From the NCBI GenBank assembly GCA_951406725.2, contig OX597838.1:4402001-4466000 (forward strand): a DNA stretch of 64,000 nt, in the 5' to 3' direction. Made by a program: the position numbers and the translations under genes. How positions within the stretch are numbered: position 1 is the first letter of the stretch; the number at the start of each line of letters is the position of its first letter. Positions 12,398-25,155 of the stretch are shown here, in pieces. The notes under the pieces were generated by a model, which saw nothing but the letters and a program-made list of their open reading frames with translations, ran no database searches and was not told where the DNA came from. This DNA comes from Octopus vulgaris (taxonomy: Eukaryota).

Positions 12398-13083
12398 GTG
12401 AATGACCAGAATTGTTTTGAGAGTCAAATAAAATGCCTTGTGGTATTTTCAGTTCTTAACGTTGTTCGGTTCTAATCCCTCTGTCAACCTTTCTAGGGTC
12501 GATAAATAAAATTCCAATCAAAAACTGAGATCGATATAATCAATTGATTCTTTCCCTTCAATATTCTTTTCTACCATAGGCACAAGGCCTGAAATCTGGT
12601 CCTTAATTTATCAACTCCGAAAGGACGAAAGGCAAAGTCGACCTCTACGGAATTTGAACTCGGAACGTAAAGACAAACGAAATCCTTTCCCTTCAATATT
12701 GCAGGCCTTGTGTCTGAATCAGAAAACATTTTATGGTTGTTATTTCTTGTGTTAGCAATTTTATTTATTCCATTTTATTTTAATTCTATTTTTAGCCATT
12801 TCACCACATTCACTTCCGGTTCTTTCACTGCTCTTAGAAACGCTGTCCGCACGCAATTTTTTTCCTTCTACATTTGTTTCCGTCAGTGTCATGTGATACG
12901 ATGTGGTGTCTGTCTGTGTGTCTTTATCTAAGTCTGTCTGGTCTGAAGAAACGGGTGCACGGTGTGAAAACTCTAGAATAACAAGCCGGCAATGAACCGT
13001 CTCAAACTATATATATATATATACGTAAAATTTTCGTAGACACACACATATATGTATATATATAATACACACACACTCACATC

Positions 13084-13117
<34 letters not shown>

Positions 13118-13351
13118 GTGTGCGTGTTATATCGGTGCGTTGAACAAAAATATCTTGTCGACTAAATCACTCTCACTTTACTCCAATGTGGACTCAGCTA
13201 TTCGATAAAATAAGTACCAGACGAAGTGTAATAGATGAAAAGCCCCTTGAAGGAGATGCCTCGGTTGGTCGCAGTCTAAAAGGCTAAAAGTGAAACTATT
13301 TAAAATAAAGGGACAGAAGATTTTGTTGCATAGGAAAGAAAAGGAACTCAC

Positions 13352-13402
13352 AGAAAGTCTTAGTAGTTGGCATGTCAGTTGTGCTGGGAGCTGGTGTTGT
13401 AA
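13352..13402 (-). CDS. EMI-domain receptor, coding exon 4 (Thr/Pro mucin-like stalk)
   Basis: Acceptor CCTTTCTATTTTCAG|, donor T|GTGAGT; 51 nt, phase 1-1; TTPAPSTTDMPTTKTF. Confidence 0.8.
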
Positions 13403-13529
13403 CTGAAAATAGAAAGGAGGGAAATAGGACATTTTGAGAGAGAGAATATCAAAGTTAGTTACTCCTGTCTAGAAAACTGTGCTCCTAATATTGCATTTTA
13501 CAACAGAAAAAGCTTATATGTAAGTAGAC

Positions 13530-13655
13530 CAGGGGTTCTCAACCATTATTTATCCATGGACCCCTTTGATTACAATTTTATTTTGGTGGACCCCCATAAC
13601 CAATCGGTGTTTTATAGAAACTTCTTTCAAAATTCCTATTTTGTTTCTCATACAT
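13530..13655. mobile_element. hAT-Charlie-type MITE, left-end fragment
   Basis: CAGGGGTTCTCAACC TIR; a right-end fragment (TTGAGAACCATTG) lies at about 17300-17463. Confidence 0.55.
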
Positions 13656-13741
13656 GAATTTGTGTAGGTTGAACTATGTAAAACACACCAGCATCGGTTG
13701 TCAAGCGATGTTGGGGGCGGGGAATAAACACAGACACACAA

Positions 13742-13794
<53 letters not shown>

Positions 13795-14439
13795 CAACAG
13801 GCTTCTTTCAGTTTCCGTCTACCAAATCCACTCACAAGGCTTTGGTCGGCCCGAGACTATAGTAGAAGACACTTGCCCAAGGTGCCACCCAGTGGGACTG
13901 AACCCGGACCCATGTGGTTGGTAAGCAAGCTACTTATCACACAGCCACTCCTGTGCCTACATTGTCTCATAATTTTTACTTAAATTTTACTGGAATTTCA
14001 AATGAAACACGGAAAACTACTCTTATCCATTTGCATCAGCCGTCCTTCAACGCACCTAACAATCATCCAACTCCTGGTCCCACTGCGTGACCATAGCTTA
14101 CCATCCAATGACAGTCAACTTTCCTTAGATTTTCTAACAGTTTCGCCACTTAACACTCCAGCGTCAGACGAATCACAAATGTTGTTTATGTCTCTTACAA
14201 TGCATGTCGATATCATAAACTGTTAGTTCAAATGATTACCCTCACATAAATCTATTCCTTTCGTTTACTCTTTCTTTCTTTCTTTCCTTCTTCCCCCACT
14301 CCTCTGTCTCACCTTCTCTCTCTCCCTCCCTCCCCCTCTCTCTGAAATATCGTTTTAGTTTCTATTAACATGCGGAGAATGAGGTAGGTGGCGTGAAAGG
14401 CAACATGAGGTTTGTGTTAATTAGAAAGAAAGAAAGAAA

Positions 14440-14479
<40 letters not shown>

Positions 14480-14951
14480 AGAGAGAGAGGGAGGAGAGAG
14501 AGAAAGAGGAGAGAGAGATGATTAATATGATTAACGGTAGCAGATAAGACTGACAGTGTAGTGTGAATCAACCAATAGTTTTGCTTTTTGGAAAAGGCCA
14601 TGCACAAACAATAAATAATTTTAATTATTTAAGATGTGTATTTGCGTGTAGGCACCAACCCAATATCATCATCATCATCATCGTCGTATGTATATATATA
14701 TATATATATATCATCGTCGTCGTTTAACGTCCGCTTCTCCTTGCTGGCATGGGTTGGACGGTTTGACTGAGGGCTGGCGAGCCAGAAGGCTGCACCAGGC
14801 TCCAATCTGATCTGGCAATGTTTCTACAGCTGGATGCCCTTCCTAACGCCAACCGCTCCGAGAGTGTAGTGGGTGCTTTTTACGTACCACTGGCACGATG
14901 GCCAGTCAGGCACTACTTGCATTGGCCACGCTTGAATGGTGCTTTTTACGA

Positions 14952-15046
<95 letters not shown>

Positions 15047-15299
15047 TTGAAATTTATAGAAAGACGAAAGACGAAGACAGGTGTATGAACAACAAGCTGG
15101 TGTAATAGTTTGATGTTCGTGTGTGCGTCTTTGTGCTTTGTTTGTCCGCTCGACAACCGGTGCTGGTTCGTTTATGACCTTGTAATTTAGCGGTTCGGCA
15201 AAAGAGACCGGTAGTAAAACAAGAGCAACAGCAACAAGCAAGGAAAAGAAAGAGAAGAGAAAAGAAGAGAAGGCAAAACGAAAGCTCTGAAATAATTAC

Positions 15300-15403
15300 T
15301 TGAAATGCAGAGGTTGTCCTTCTTCGTGAAACCTTTACAACAGTGGGCCTTCATTCTGTAAATGATCTTCGTTCTCCTTTCTAGCCGAGAAAGTCGTTGT
15401 AAA
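15300..15403 (-). CDS. EMI-domain receptor, coding exon 3 (CCxG[YF] motif)
   Basis: Acceptor TCTTCTTTTCAG|, donor A|GTAATT; 104 nt, phase 2-1; LQRLSRLERRTKIIYRMKAHCCKGFTKKDNLCIS. Confidence 0.9.
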
Positions 15404-15632
15404 CTGAAAAGAAGATTAGATTTTTAAGAGCTTTTTAAATTTCAATGACGACGTAGCAGAGTCGTTAAGAGGTACGTTTCGCGACCAGTTGGATGTCAGT
15501 TTCAGTTGTACCGTGCAGCACTCTTTGTCCGACCAAAGACTTGTCAGTGAATTTAGGTAACAGCATACATACATACATACATACATACATACATACATAC
15601 ATACATACATACATACATACATACATACATAA

Positions 15633-15675
<43 letters not shown>

Positions 15676-15722
15676 TAAATAAATAAATGGAGTTGAACGA
15701 AGATGTTAACAAAATTCCTTTA

Positions 15723-15804
15723 CTCTCGACATATGTTTCGAAGACAACATGGTTTTATTCCAAAGGAATAAACGGTGCAAGATGCAATCTTCTCATCAGA
15801 AAAG
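15723..15804 (-). ncRNA. Minimal type I hammerhead ribozyme motif, intronic, sense to the gene
   Basis: Minus strand: CTTTT-CTGATGA-GAAGAT...(TTTATTCC-TTT-GGAATAAA)...GTCTTC-GAAAC-ATAT-GTC-GAGAG; intact core, GUC triplet, stem I with G-U pairs. Confidence 0.78.
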
Positions 15805-15909
15805 AAAGAGAGCCTCTTTCTGACGTGTTTCTGGCGTGAATTTGCTACCCTGGTATCGGTTCATCGAATTTTCCATGTTGACGGTAAACATAGGATAATT
15901 CATTCACCT

Positions 15910-15949
<40 letters not shown>

Positions 15950-16411
15950 TTTATTTAAAAGCAGCAGAAATATAACAATGGGGGTCTTTACCCTTCATGC
16001 TATATCCAGGAATCGAAACGGTGATCTCATGATTGTGAGTACAACAGCCTAACCACTAGGCCACGCGTCTGTGTGTGTACGTATGTATGTGTGCGTGTAT
16101 GCATGTACGTACGTACGTACGTACGTATGTATGTATGTATGTATGTATGCATGTACGTACATACGTGTGTGTGCTTGTGTTTATCCCCTCACTACATGAC
16201 AACCGCTGTTAGTTTGTTTACGTTCCATAACTTAACAGTTGTATATAGGAGACCGATAAAATAAGTACCAGGCTTTAAAAAGAACCCTAAATACCGGGGG
16301 ACAATTTGTTCGACTAAAACTCTTGGCGGTGGTACCCCAGCATGGCCGCAGCAGTCCAACGACTGAAAGAAGTAAAGGTTAAAAGTTACAGAAACCAGAC
16401 ACGTTCCTTAC

Positions 16412-16504
16412 CTGTATACGGTTTTACAAAACACAATCAATTTGCATTTTCGTGTGTGGACAATTCTGGTGAAATATACACGCTCTAAATATGTAACAGT
16501 GTGC
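16412..16504 (-). CDS. EMI-domain receptor, coding exon 2
   Basis: Acceptor TTTCTCTTTTCTCTAG|, donor AG|GTAAGG; 93 nt, phase 2-2; HTVTYLERVYFTRIVHTRKCKLIVFCKTVY(S). Confidence 0.9.
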
Positions 16505-16638
16505 CTAGAGAAAAGAGAAAGAGAAAATAGATAAATTAATAAATGATTAAATAAATAAATGTAAAGAATATAAATAAAGAAGAGGCCAAGTGCTAAGAAA
16601 TGGTAAAATCAAAATAAGCAACAGGATATCAAGTAGTA

Positions 16639-16726
16639 ATGCAGTACGACCGTTTCAAGCGACTCCATTTAATTGAACAATGCACTCGTTACATCAATTT
16701 TAATTCAGTGCCATCTTCAGCAGCAC
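16639..16726 (-). ncRNA. Degenerate hammerhead ribozyme motif, intronic, sense
   Basis: GTGCTG-CTGAAGA-[decayed stem II]-GAAAC-GGTC-GTA-CTGCAT; stem I has one mismatch. Confidence 0.55.
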
Positions 16727-16858
16727 AAATAAATAAATGGAATTTTAACAAGTAGAACACATTAATATTATTTTTCTTAAATATTTTAACAGAGCAAAAA
16801 GATGCAAGAAATTCATGCTGTCGCTATTGTAGCTAAGAATAGACTACAGCTTCTAAGA

Positions 16859-16949
<91 letters not shown>

Positions 16950-17080
16950 CGCGAGTGTATGTAGTTTAGGACAATCAAGAAGTTGTCCTATTATGACAGC
17001 TTACTGATTGTCCTAAACTATACATTTATAAATTCCTCTATTTACCGATATCGAGGTCTATTCTTTTGTTGTCATATTGT

Positions 17081-17112
<32 letters not shown>

Positions 17113-17661
17113 TGTATGTATGTATGTATGTATGTATGTATGTATGTATGTATATACATACATATATATATATATATCTACGACGGGCTTCTTTTAGTTT
17201 AACCAAATCCATTCACAAGGCTTTGGTCGGCCCAAGGCTATAGTAGAGAACTCTTGTCCAAAGTGCCACGCAGTGGGACTGAACCCGGAACCATGCACCT
17301 ATGTTTAAAAAATCCTCTTATATTTTTATAATGAAATATTATTAGGAATTGTATAATTAAGAAATTCTTAAAATATTTTGTGTATTGTAAAAGCACGACT
17401 AATTAAATGCAGGGCTTTATATGGATCCCAAAGAGCTATAAGAACCCCAATTGAGAACCATTGCACTAAACTAAAAATTCTTCAAGGCAGTGCCCCAGCT
17501 TGGCCATAGTCTAATGACTGAAACAAGTAAAAGATAAAAGACACCACCTCCAAACAGTCTGGTACTAAACGCCGACACTACAGAGGAGTTAAGATTAGGG
17601 TCAGGTTTAGGGTTGGGGTTAGGGTTAGGGTCATAGAAGTTTTTAAGGGGATGGTACTTAC

Positions 17662-17789
17662 GATATTGTTGAAACACAAACGTTCCGAAGCGGACCAAGC
17701 TCGTTGTCCGTGTTGTTTACAACGCTTGATGTTGACGAAGCTAAAATACACAGCCATGGGAAGACACCGATCCAGAGTTCAATTTTCAT
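17662..17789 (-). CDS. EMI-domain type I membrane receptor, coding exon 1 (signal peptide + EMI start; exon extends to an acceptor at 17836 as 5' UTR)
   Basis: GTCACC-ATG Kozak context at 17789; MKIELWIGVFPWLCILASSTSSVVNNTDNELGPLRNVCVSTI(S); donor TC|GTAAGT (phase 2); upstream acceptor ATTTTCAG|. Confidence 0.88.
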
Positions 17790-17841
17790 GGTGACAGCTT
17801 CCTGATTTTTTTTTAGCTTCTGCCAATAATTTAGCACTGAA

Positions 17842-17924
<83 letters not shown>

Positions 17925-18432
17925 TAGTTTCTACATGCAAATAGGCCAGACATTATATTGAAAGACTTCAAGCAAAAATCATGCCTCCTCGTTGATATGG
18001 CTGTCCCAATCGATATAAACGTATCTGCCAAAAACTGAGCAAGTATAAAGATCTTGAAATAGAAATTAGCAAAATGTGGAACCTGAAGACTTACCTGTTG
18101 TCATAGGTGCCCAAGAAATATTAGCAAAAGGGGCTGATTGCTACCTAGCTCAGATACCCGGAAAACCCAAAATGGTAGAAATTCAAAGGATAGTGGTCAT
18201 AGGAACTGCCCATATCCTACGTAAAATACTTTCTATGTAATCTCAAATTTTAAAACAAACATAATTTTCTTATGGTTTCTTAAACATTCTCTAGAACAAC
18301 ACTAAGTACAAAACCAAATATCTGGCACTCTAGACATAGCACCAACACGAGCTTCTAACTTATTGTCTCTTGAGGTCTCTGGGTGAGACTTGGAGTCAGC
18401 TTGTACAAATGCAAAGCAAAAGTCAAACATAG
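17925..18432 (+). mobile_element. R4/Dong-clade non-LTR element, 3' fragment (restriction-like endonuclease)
   Basis: NRPDIILKDFKQKSCLLVDMAVPID...KYKDLEIEISKMWNLKT...GTAHILRKIL; (AAT)n on both sides. Confidence 0.85.
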
Positions 18433-19468
18433 AATAATAATAATAATGATAATAATAATAATAATAATTGTCGTCGTCATCATCATCATCATCGGCATCA
18501 TCATCGCCATCATCATCACCATCATCGACGTCGTCATCGTCATCGTCGTCATCATCATCATCATCATCGCCATCATCATCACCACCACCATCATCATCAT
18601 CGCCATCGTCGTCGTCATCATCATCATCATCATCGCCATCATCATCTATTAGTCACCAGCTGTTAAAATGTGTGTGTGTGTGTGTGTGTGAGTGTCGAAC
18701 TAACCAAATGGAATTGATAACCTCCCCCCACCAACTCTCACCAACCGACCAACCGGCCATTTACGTCAGCAAAAATCTCCTCCCTTCCCACTTCTCACAC
18801 CCCGCCTCATGCTTCAAACTGTGACAGCGAAGAGAGAGGGAGGGCAGAAAAGGATGTGAGGGGGTAGAATGGTGATGGTGGGAGACAGCTCGCTATGTCA
18901 ACCACCCACCCCCTACTTCTCACACTCACGTTGGTGATCTTTCTTCCTTTCTTTCTTCCTTCCTTTTTCTCCAATCTGTGATATTATTCGGTGAACTAAG
19001 AAAGTACCCACCCCCGTCAGCCCACTGCGACGCCACCACCAACATCACATGACCCGAACCACAGAAGGGGCCTCTAAGTGGGTCGCTCGAGTTCCATACG
19101 AGAAATAGCAGCCAACATCTCCCCTCAAATCTCATCTCGCATAGACTTGGTAAAGAAAAGAAACATCAGATAATCAAGAATCAGGTGGGGGTGGGGTGGG
19201 TGGAAGTGGGTGTCTCTTACTGGAACATTGGCAACAAGACGAGATGGTCACGGCTGGAATATCATGGATCACAAGGTCTGTTGTTGGTTCAGAGCTGGGT
19301 TGGAGCTAAGTGAGCCGTACCACCGCTACCATGACGACAAGGTCTACTACTACTACTAAAACTACTACTACTACTACTACTAAAACTACTACTACTACTA
19401 CTAAAACTACTACTACTACTACTAAAACTACTACTACTACTACTAAAACTACCACCACCACCACCACC

Positions 19469-19526
<58 letters not shown>

Positions 19527-19667
19527 AAACTACTACGTCCTCAGGTAAGTGCTATACGACGATGACGATGATAACAACGAGGGCGACCACCACAACAAAA
19601 CTTCTGAAATGTTTCTTATTCTGATGAATGTGTGACTTAACATTTGGTCAACTGACAGCTTCTAAAG

Positions 19668-19818
19668 CAGTCAAGGACAAGCTGCTGCGGCCCGCGGATA
19701 TTTTAGAATGAAGCACCTTACCAGAAAGGGCTTTGAATTTTGTTTTTAGTAGCACGGCCCGCCTGATGATGAACCATGCCTCATGCGGCCCGCTTCTCGG
19801 TAAAGGTTGTCCATGTCT
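19668..19818. mobile_element. hAT-Charlie-type MITE remnant
   Basis: GGACAA...GCGGCCCGCGG near the left end and GCGGCCCGC...AAAGGTTGTCC near the right end. Confidence 0.5.
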
Positions 19819-21165
19819 ACGTGCAAGAAATGGCTGGCGAATCTCCCTCGAAATAACGTGCTTATTATCTTGGGAAATGGCAAGACACACATTGGATAAT
19901 TAAATGTTAGGCGTGCTTCTAATAATTCACCGATTCCCTGCCCCCGCCTCTCCATTATGTTGCGGTGTGGTTTTGGTCATGTGGGGTAATGTCGTTACAT
20001 CACATTAACACACCACCACCACCACCGCCGCCACCACCACCACCACCACCACCACCACCACCACCACCGCCGCCACAACCACCACCATCACCACCACCAC
20101 CACCACCACCACCACCACCACCACCACCACCACCACCACCACCACCACCACCACCACCGCCGCCACCAAGAGGTTTGTCGAATAAAATAACAAATAAGAT
20201 GGCTAGCAAAAGTCAGAAACTTCCGTTGGTATTTTTTTTTTTTTTGCTAATTAGAAAAACAGGACAACATGGAGAAGTGTTCGGCAAAGAAAAAAAAGCC
20301 AACAATAACAAACAAAACAAAACAAAACAAAACAAAAAAAAAAACCTTCTAAAATCCCCAAAAGCAAACCAAAACAACCTACAGATACAACCAGAGAATG
20401 TTGCCTGGCGAGATCCACAATCTGGACCGGCTAGAAATAGCTGAGGAAGTTCCATCGCGTTAAATGTTCCTCATCACCATCATCATCATAACCAGGTATC
20501 GTCTGCTGGCAGAAACGTTAGCACACCGGGCGAAATGCGTAGCCGTATTTCGTCTGCCGTTACGTTCTGAGTTCAAATTCCGCCGAGGTCGACTTTGCCT
20601 TTCATCCTTTCGGGGTCGATAAATTAAGTACCAGTTACGCACTGGGGTCGATGTAATCGACTTAATACCTATGTCTGTCCTTGTTTGTCCCCTCTGTGTT
20701 TAGCCCCTTGTGGGTAATAAGGAAATAGGTATCGTCTGCTCTTGGCATATTGAGTACCAAGGATCTTCATCTCAGTATATTTTTCCTTTCTCTGTCCTTA
20801 TTGAAGTATGTTCCACGTAATTCTACGACTTTCTTTTGCCGTTTATTTTTGTCTTCTGTTAACAGTTTCTTTAAATTATTTATCTTTCATTTAATTGTTT
20901 TTCTAAATGTTGTGGGCGTTTCACCGATCTCCAAAACGAACCCCAATTTTTCTCTGACCATTTTGAAACAACGATAAACCTAAAAACGGGGCCTCAGTTC
21001 TTTCGCATAATTCACCAAGATGCTTAATTAATCGCTAAACGACCAAAAGACTCAGGCATCTTTGTAGTCTGTACTGAGCTGGCAGAAACGTTAGCACGTC
21101 GGGCGAAATGCTCAGCGGTATTTCGTCTGTCTTTACGTTCTGAGTTCAAATTCCGCCGAGGCCGA

Positions 21166-22020
21166 CTGGCAGCCGGAGACACGAGGTTGTTGCTGGAGAA
21201 GGTGTTGCAGGATGTAGTAATCCAGATGAGGTGCCTACCACCACGGAACGGAAAAACGGCTGTGCCGTCTGGCCATTTGCCATCCCCTCTGTCTAATCCG
21301 CTGATGTGTGTAGGCTGTTTTATGGTCTCATTGAGAGGATCACGATGTTGAAAGCGACCGGCACTATAATGGCCTGACAATGGGTGGGGGCCGGAAGAAT
21401 CCGCAGTGGATCCGTAGCGGCGTTTGTGAGGCTCTCAGATCTGGAGGCCAAGACCCGAGGAAACACCGATGCGCAAACAGTCGCTATCAAATTGAGGGCC
21501 AGTCCAGAGTGATTTCACTGCTTTGAGCCAGGCATCGGTGTGGGGCTTGGGAGGCCGAGCGGAAACATGCCCGACGGTACTAATTAAGACAGTGCAGCAG
21601 CCTTTCCGAGACCATGTGGCACTGGATGGCGTCCCATTTGGTTTGCGGGGACCGCATATCCATAAACAGTAGAGGTGGATAGACGTTTGCAGGCCAAGCT
21701 GGCTCCACATCACGTAGGCCACCTCGCCTCCTCCTCCGCAACATCACTGTAGATTCATTTGTATTGTTTAGAAACCTTATCGATGAGGACATGGTAAGAG
21801 GTCACCGGAGAAACGCTGGCCGGGTCAGCAAGACCGGAGAACGGAGGCCGAGGTGGCCGCATCTGATTGGGGAAGGAAGCTCCTTTCCACCCACGGTGCC
21901 GTCAAACCGGACATTGCATGCCTCCTCAGCGGCCAATTGGATAGAGGGCGTCGCGTTCTGTGCGGGGAGATGCGTGGCTGCAGGAAGGGACACGGCGGAA
22001 ATAAGTGTTAACCGATTTAT
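21166..22020 (-). mobile_element. CRE-clade-like non-LTR retrotransposon, decayed 3' fragment
   Basis: Frameshifted motifs PIRCGHLGLRS, DAWLKAV..., LRIGVSSGLGLQI, SAGRF..LNETIK and DGKWPDG..FPFRGGRHLIW (zinc knuckle plus PD-D endonuclease). Confidence 0.75.
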
Positions 22021-22139
22021 TGAGAATGAAGCAAAAATATGGAAGCGCGGAAGTATTTGAATGCGTCATAGCATTACTAACACATACACACACACACACA
22101 TTATATGCACTCACACATCATATGCACTGAATCATATGC

Positions 22140-22197
22140 CTACATGTACGTATATATGCATATATATGTATATACATATATATAGATAGGTATGTGC

Positions 22198-22241
<44 letters not shown>

Positions 22242-22304
22242 GTGTGCGCGTGTGTGCGTATGCGTGTGAGAGTGTGTGTATATATATGTATGTAAGTATG
22301 TATG

Positions 22305-22343
<39 letters not shown>

Positions 22344-22413
22344 ACACGTGCCTGTGTACATGCATAGGTATGTGAACATACATACATACATACATACATA
22401 CATACACACACAC

Positions 22414-22445
<32 letters not shown>

Positions 22446-22455
22446 TTATATATAC

Positions 22456-22502
<47 letters not shown>

Positions 22503-22938
22503 TATGCATACATATACACATGTATATATTCAGTAGACATATAAGTACATATAGCTATATATATGCACATATACACACACACACACATAGGTACACATGC
22601 AGATGGATACATAGTCACATGCAGGCGCACACGCACAGACGCGCACATGCAAACACACACACAAACACACACACACACATACACACGCACCCACACACGC
22701 GCGCGCCCGCGGTTTCCCATTGCGATGTCTTTGCAACGAAGCTAGAATTCGCTGCCACACCACACCCAGAAGCTGCTTAAAAGTCAACAAACTCGAAAAT
22801 GTCAGGAGGACACCGAAAGAAACATACAAAAATTTCATTAAAATAATAATAATAATATAAGCAAAGACATCTGTTCAAACTGGAATATTATATGAAGGAA
22901 TGAGCTAATACTTATACACATATATGCGTGTGTATACA

Positions 22939-23001
<63 letters not shown>

Positions 23002-23017
23002 TACATATATACATATA

Positions 23018-23062
<45 letters not shown>

Positions 23063-23101
23063 AAGTGGAACAAAAACGCAATAGAGGATATTAAAATATT
23101 T

Positions 23102-23142
<41 letters not shown>

Positions 23143-23153
23143 CTTAAACATAC

Positions 23154-23211
<58 letters not shown>

Positions 23212-23301
23212 AGTGTGTATGTATACGTAGACGTATATACATATACACGTATATAATTTATGTGATATATATATACATGTATACATATATGTGTATATAT
23301 G

Positions 23302-23336
<35 letters not shown>

Positions 23337-23402
23337 GTATATGCATATATTTATGTATATATATGTATATGTGTGTGTGTGTGTGTGTGTATGTGTGCAT
23401 TA

Positions 23403-23451
<49 letters not shown>

Positions 23452-23530
23452 TTTATGTATATATATATGTATATGCGTGAGTGTGTGTGCATACATTTAT
23501 ACATATACATGCATATGTCTACATATATAC
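22140..23530. repeat. Compound (TA)n/(CA)n/(TG)n microsatellite field
   Basis: Direct reading; similar fields occur throughout the window. Confidence 0.9.
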
Positions 23531-24825
23531 CAAAGAACGCACAGTTTGACATTCAATTAACATGGACACAGATAGACGGATAAAGAGAGAGAGAGAGAGA
23601 GAGAAGGAGAGAGAGAGAGAGAATACAGAGAGATAGCCAATACGTTTGATTCTGTTATTGTAGTTGTCATGCCAACAACAGATTCATAATAGGTGGGTAA
23701 CGTTCTCAAGCCAATGGACTGCGCTGAATTTCTGAAAGGTTCGCGGAAACAAAATTTTCTACACTTAAAATATTTGATGTTATGTAAAATGTTCAAAATT
23801 ATGTTTTACAATAGTCTATAAGAAGCATTAGGGCCACAACATCATTGCTATGATCTCTTAGGAATGACTTGCTTCAGAAAATTATCGAATTCCAAGTGTA
23901 TCCTAAGTAGCAATATAATTGGCAGTGTATCTCTATCATCTTTCTGTTTGTTCTTCCTCAAAAGTTAAAAAGAAAAAATTTTAGGCAACGGGCTTCTTTC
24001 AACTGCCGTCTAAGAAATTCACTCACAAGGCTTTAGTCAACGCGGTGCTATAGTAGTTAAAAGTGACCCGAAGTGTAAGGTGACCCGAAGTGTGACTGAA
24101 CCGGAATTCATGAGGTCAGGAAACAAATTTCTTAACCACAATCGTGCTTAAAAATGAAAAAGAAAGAAAATTCAAAGCCTTAAATATTGGGTTTGTGCAT
24201 AATCATATATCGATTACATTGGACCCCCCCCCCCCCCCCCAGTGTTTCACTGCTTCTTAATTCATCGACCCCGAAAGGATGAAAGGCAAAGTCAACCTCA
24301 GCGGAATTTGAACTCAGACCGTAAAGACGGACGAAACGCTGCTAAACATTTTTATCCGACGTGTTAACGGTTTTGTCAGCTCGCCCGCTCTACCATTACC
24401 ACTGACAACAACCACAGCAACAGCAACATCGATCCCTGTCATCACAAACAGCTGTTTTCTTACAGATGCCAACCTCTACGACTTCCTTTGTTTGTCTTAT
24501 TTTCAAAACGTTTATTTGATGCAATTTTCAAAAGGTTTTTTCTTTTTTTTCTTCTTTTTAAATGTAATTTTCTTTCGTTCGCAGGTGAGTTAGAGATTGG
24601 TGCAGAAGTGGAGTGAAATATGCGGTGTGGGAACAGTGCGGCAGAGGGGAAGGGACAGGTGCAGTGCCTGTCCGTCATCTAAAGAATTCCAACAGTACCT
24701 GAGAAATGTCACCTTAATTTGCTATCTGTCACCTCATTTTAAAATAACACCTTGACAATTCTTTGAAAGCCATTTCAATCCCCTTGTCCCATGACAGACT
24801 GAAAAAAAGCTTCACACACACACAC

Positions 24826-24857
<32 letters not shown>

Positions 24858-25090
24858 GTGTTTGGGTGTTTGCTTTGTGTATTCTTTTGTTTCAGTCATT
24901 TGACTGTGGCCATGCTGGAGCACCGCCTTTAGTCGAGCAAATCAACCCCAGGACTTATTCTTTGTAAGCCTAGTACGTATTCTTTAGGTCTCTTTTGCCG
25001 AACCGTTAAGTTACGGGGACGTAAACACACCAGCACCAGTTGTCAAGCGATGTTGGGGAGACAAACGCACACACACAAACACATACATAC

Positions 25091-25155
<65 letters not shown>

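Noticed and set aside
13530-17463. One large hAT element capturing EMI exons 2-3
   Set aside because: The 8-bp flanks differ (AAGTAGAC vs CACTAAAC), so these are more likely two independent truncated MITEs.
17595-17632. Telomeric (TTAGGG)n
   Set aside because: Only about six degenerate intronic units; interstitial or TE-derived.
19310-19545. Thr-rich plus-strand ORF ending at CAG|GTAAGT, as a mucin exon
   Set aside because: It is a (TAC)/(CAC) microsatellite with no convincing acceptor or partner exons.
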